Shown piece after piece: positions 35,024-35,640 of a DNA stretch of 35,640 bases (within the stretch, counting starts at the first letter, position 1; every line of letters begins with the position of its first letter). This stretch comes from a virus (taxonomy: Duplodnaviria > Caudoviricetes): IMG/VR virus record IMGVR_UViG_3300047484_000003, positions 1 to 35,640 of that record. One strand, written 5' to 3'. Under the pieces are notes generated by a model. It saw only the letters and a list, made by a program, of their open reading frames with translations, had not been told where the DNA came from and did not search any database. Both the position numbers and the translations under genes were made by a program.

Positions 35024-35210
35024 GTCGTATTAGTCTCTGTTTAATGTTGTCGGGTATGCGTGGCAGCGGTGCCCAGGCTACAGCCCAATCAGCCCATGTG
35101 CCCATCACACAAACACCGCCGCTGTTGAGTAGCAGCATCTTCACGCCCAAGGGCGGTGGGTGATCCTCTGGTAGCCGCCACACTGCTTCGCCGGCCAAGT
35201 AATCCTTCAT
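34950..35210 (-). CDS. Hypothetical protein (DUF551-like)
   Basis: WRLPEDHPPP...AWAPLP; ATGA overlap with the upstream gene. Confidence 0.6.
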   Translation of the reverse strand: MKDYLAGEAVWRLPEDHPPPLGVKMLLLNSGGVCVMGTWADWAVAWAPLPRIPDNIKQRLIRHGHLPGCDALPHAASTCGLPGANG

Positions 35211-35533
35211 GCCCTTGTAGCCATGTTAAACGGGTCGTGGTAATTGATCTTGAATTGCTTGACTCTCTTCATCTTGTTTCGCCTTTCTGCAGCGTAATAG
35301 ACGTAAGCCCATCCTAATTTCTTGCAGATCGATGACTGTCGGAACTCGCGCTCGCGCACAATCAATCCCTCTTCCAGCAGCGGCATGAGTGAGTTTGAGA
35401 TTGATTTTGTCGTCACTCCCAACTTGCTGGCAAGGTCCTTCAGCGTAACCGGCGACGTTCTGGTTTGCATGTACTTCAAACAGGCTTGTCCGCGGTCTAT
35501 CTTGGCTTGCACTCTCAGTTTGTGAATGCTCAT
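35207..35533 (-). CDS. Winged-helix HTH DNA-binding protein
   Basis: PVTLKDLASKLGVTTKSISNSLMPLLEEGLIVR; GAGGGG RBS. Confidence 0.75.
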   Translation of the reverse strand: MSIHKLRVQAKIDRGQACLKYMQTRTSPVTLKDLASKLGVTTKSISNSLMPLLEEGLIVREREFRQSSICKKLGWAYVYYAAERRNKMKRVKQFKINYHDPFNMATRA

Positions 35534-35640
35534 TGCTCACCCCTCGCTCTGTTAATCGGCGTCGGCGCAGCAATCAATTCGCGCAGCGAGTCCATCGTTT
35601 TGTAGCGCGGATTAGCGCATTGATCAGTGGCTATACGGCT
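35530..35640 (-). CDS. C-terminal part of a probable Cro/XRE-type HTH protein (truncated by window)
   Basis: Open frame from the edge, SRIATDQCANPRYKTMDSLRELIAAPTPINRARGEQ, ending in an ATGA overlap with the next gene. Confidence 0.45.
   Translation of the reverse strand, partial: SRIATDQCANPRYKTMDSLRELIAAPTPINRARGEQ

Noticed and set aside
1-35640. Stop-codon reassignment, tRNA genes, integrase
   Set aside because: Genes tile densely under the standard code using TAA, TGA and TAG stops; intergenic gaps are too short for tRNAs; no recombinase motif seen.

Overview
The window is part of a lytic-type tailed dsDNA phage genome (Caudoviricetes, standard genetic code). Positions 1-34394 form one co-directional, tightly packed virion and lysis operon. 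In order: portal C-terminus, GroES-like co-chaperonin, scaffold, major capsid protein, accessory and basic internal proteins, head-tail adaptors, two fibres (one with a C-terminal intramolecular chaperone), a glycosyltransferase/FkbM/glycosyltransferase cassette, a holin/GH24 lysis cassette, tail proteins, a ~2470-aa mosaic internal protein and ejection proteins ending in an SLT transglycosylase. No tail tube or sheath is recognisable, so a podovirus-like virion is inferred. Two free-standing homing-type endonucleases (Endo VII and GIY-YIG) interrupt the operon. Small minus-strand genes occupy 34366-35640. Best leads: (1) an in-frame A_AAA_AAG plus stem-loop -1 frameshift signal in a Lys/Gly-rich protein, whose short isoform ends GGSC, mirroring the full-length GGAC end; (2) a hydrophobic-x-x-Gly-Gly motif under purifying selection and shared by several head proteins; (3) a promoter overlapping a hairpin that hides the endonuclease start codon; (4) a possible virion glycosylation cassette; (5) a recently duplicated 54-bp repeat array in the giant protein. 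All family calls come from motif recognition only; no database searches were run.
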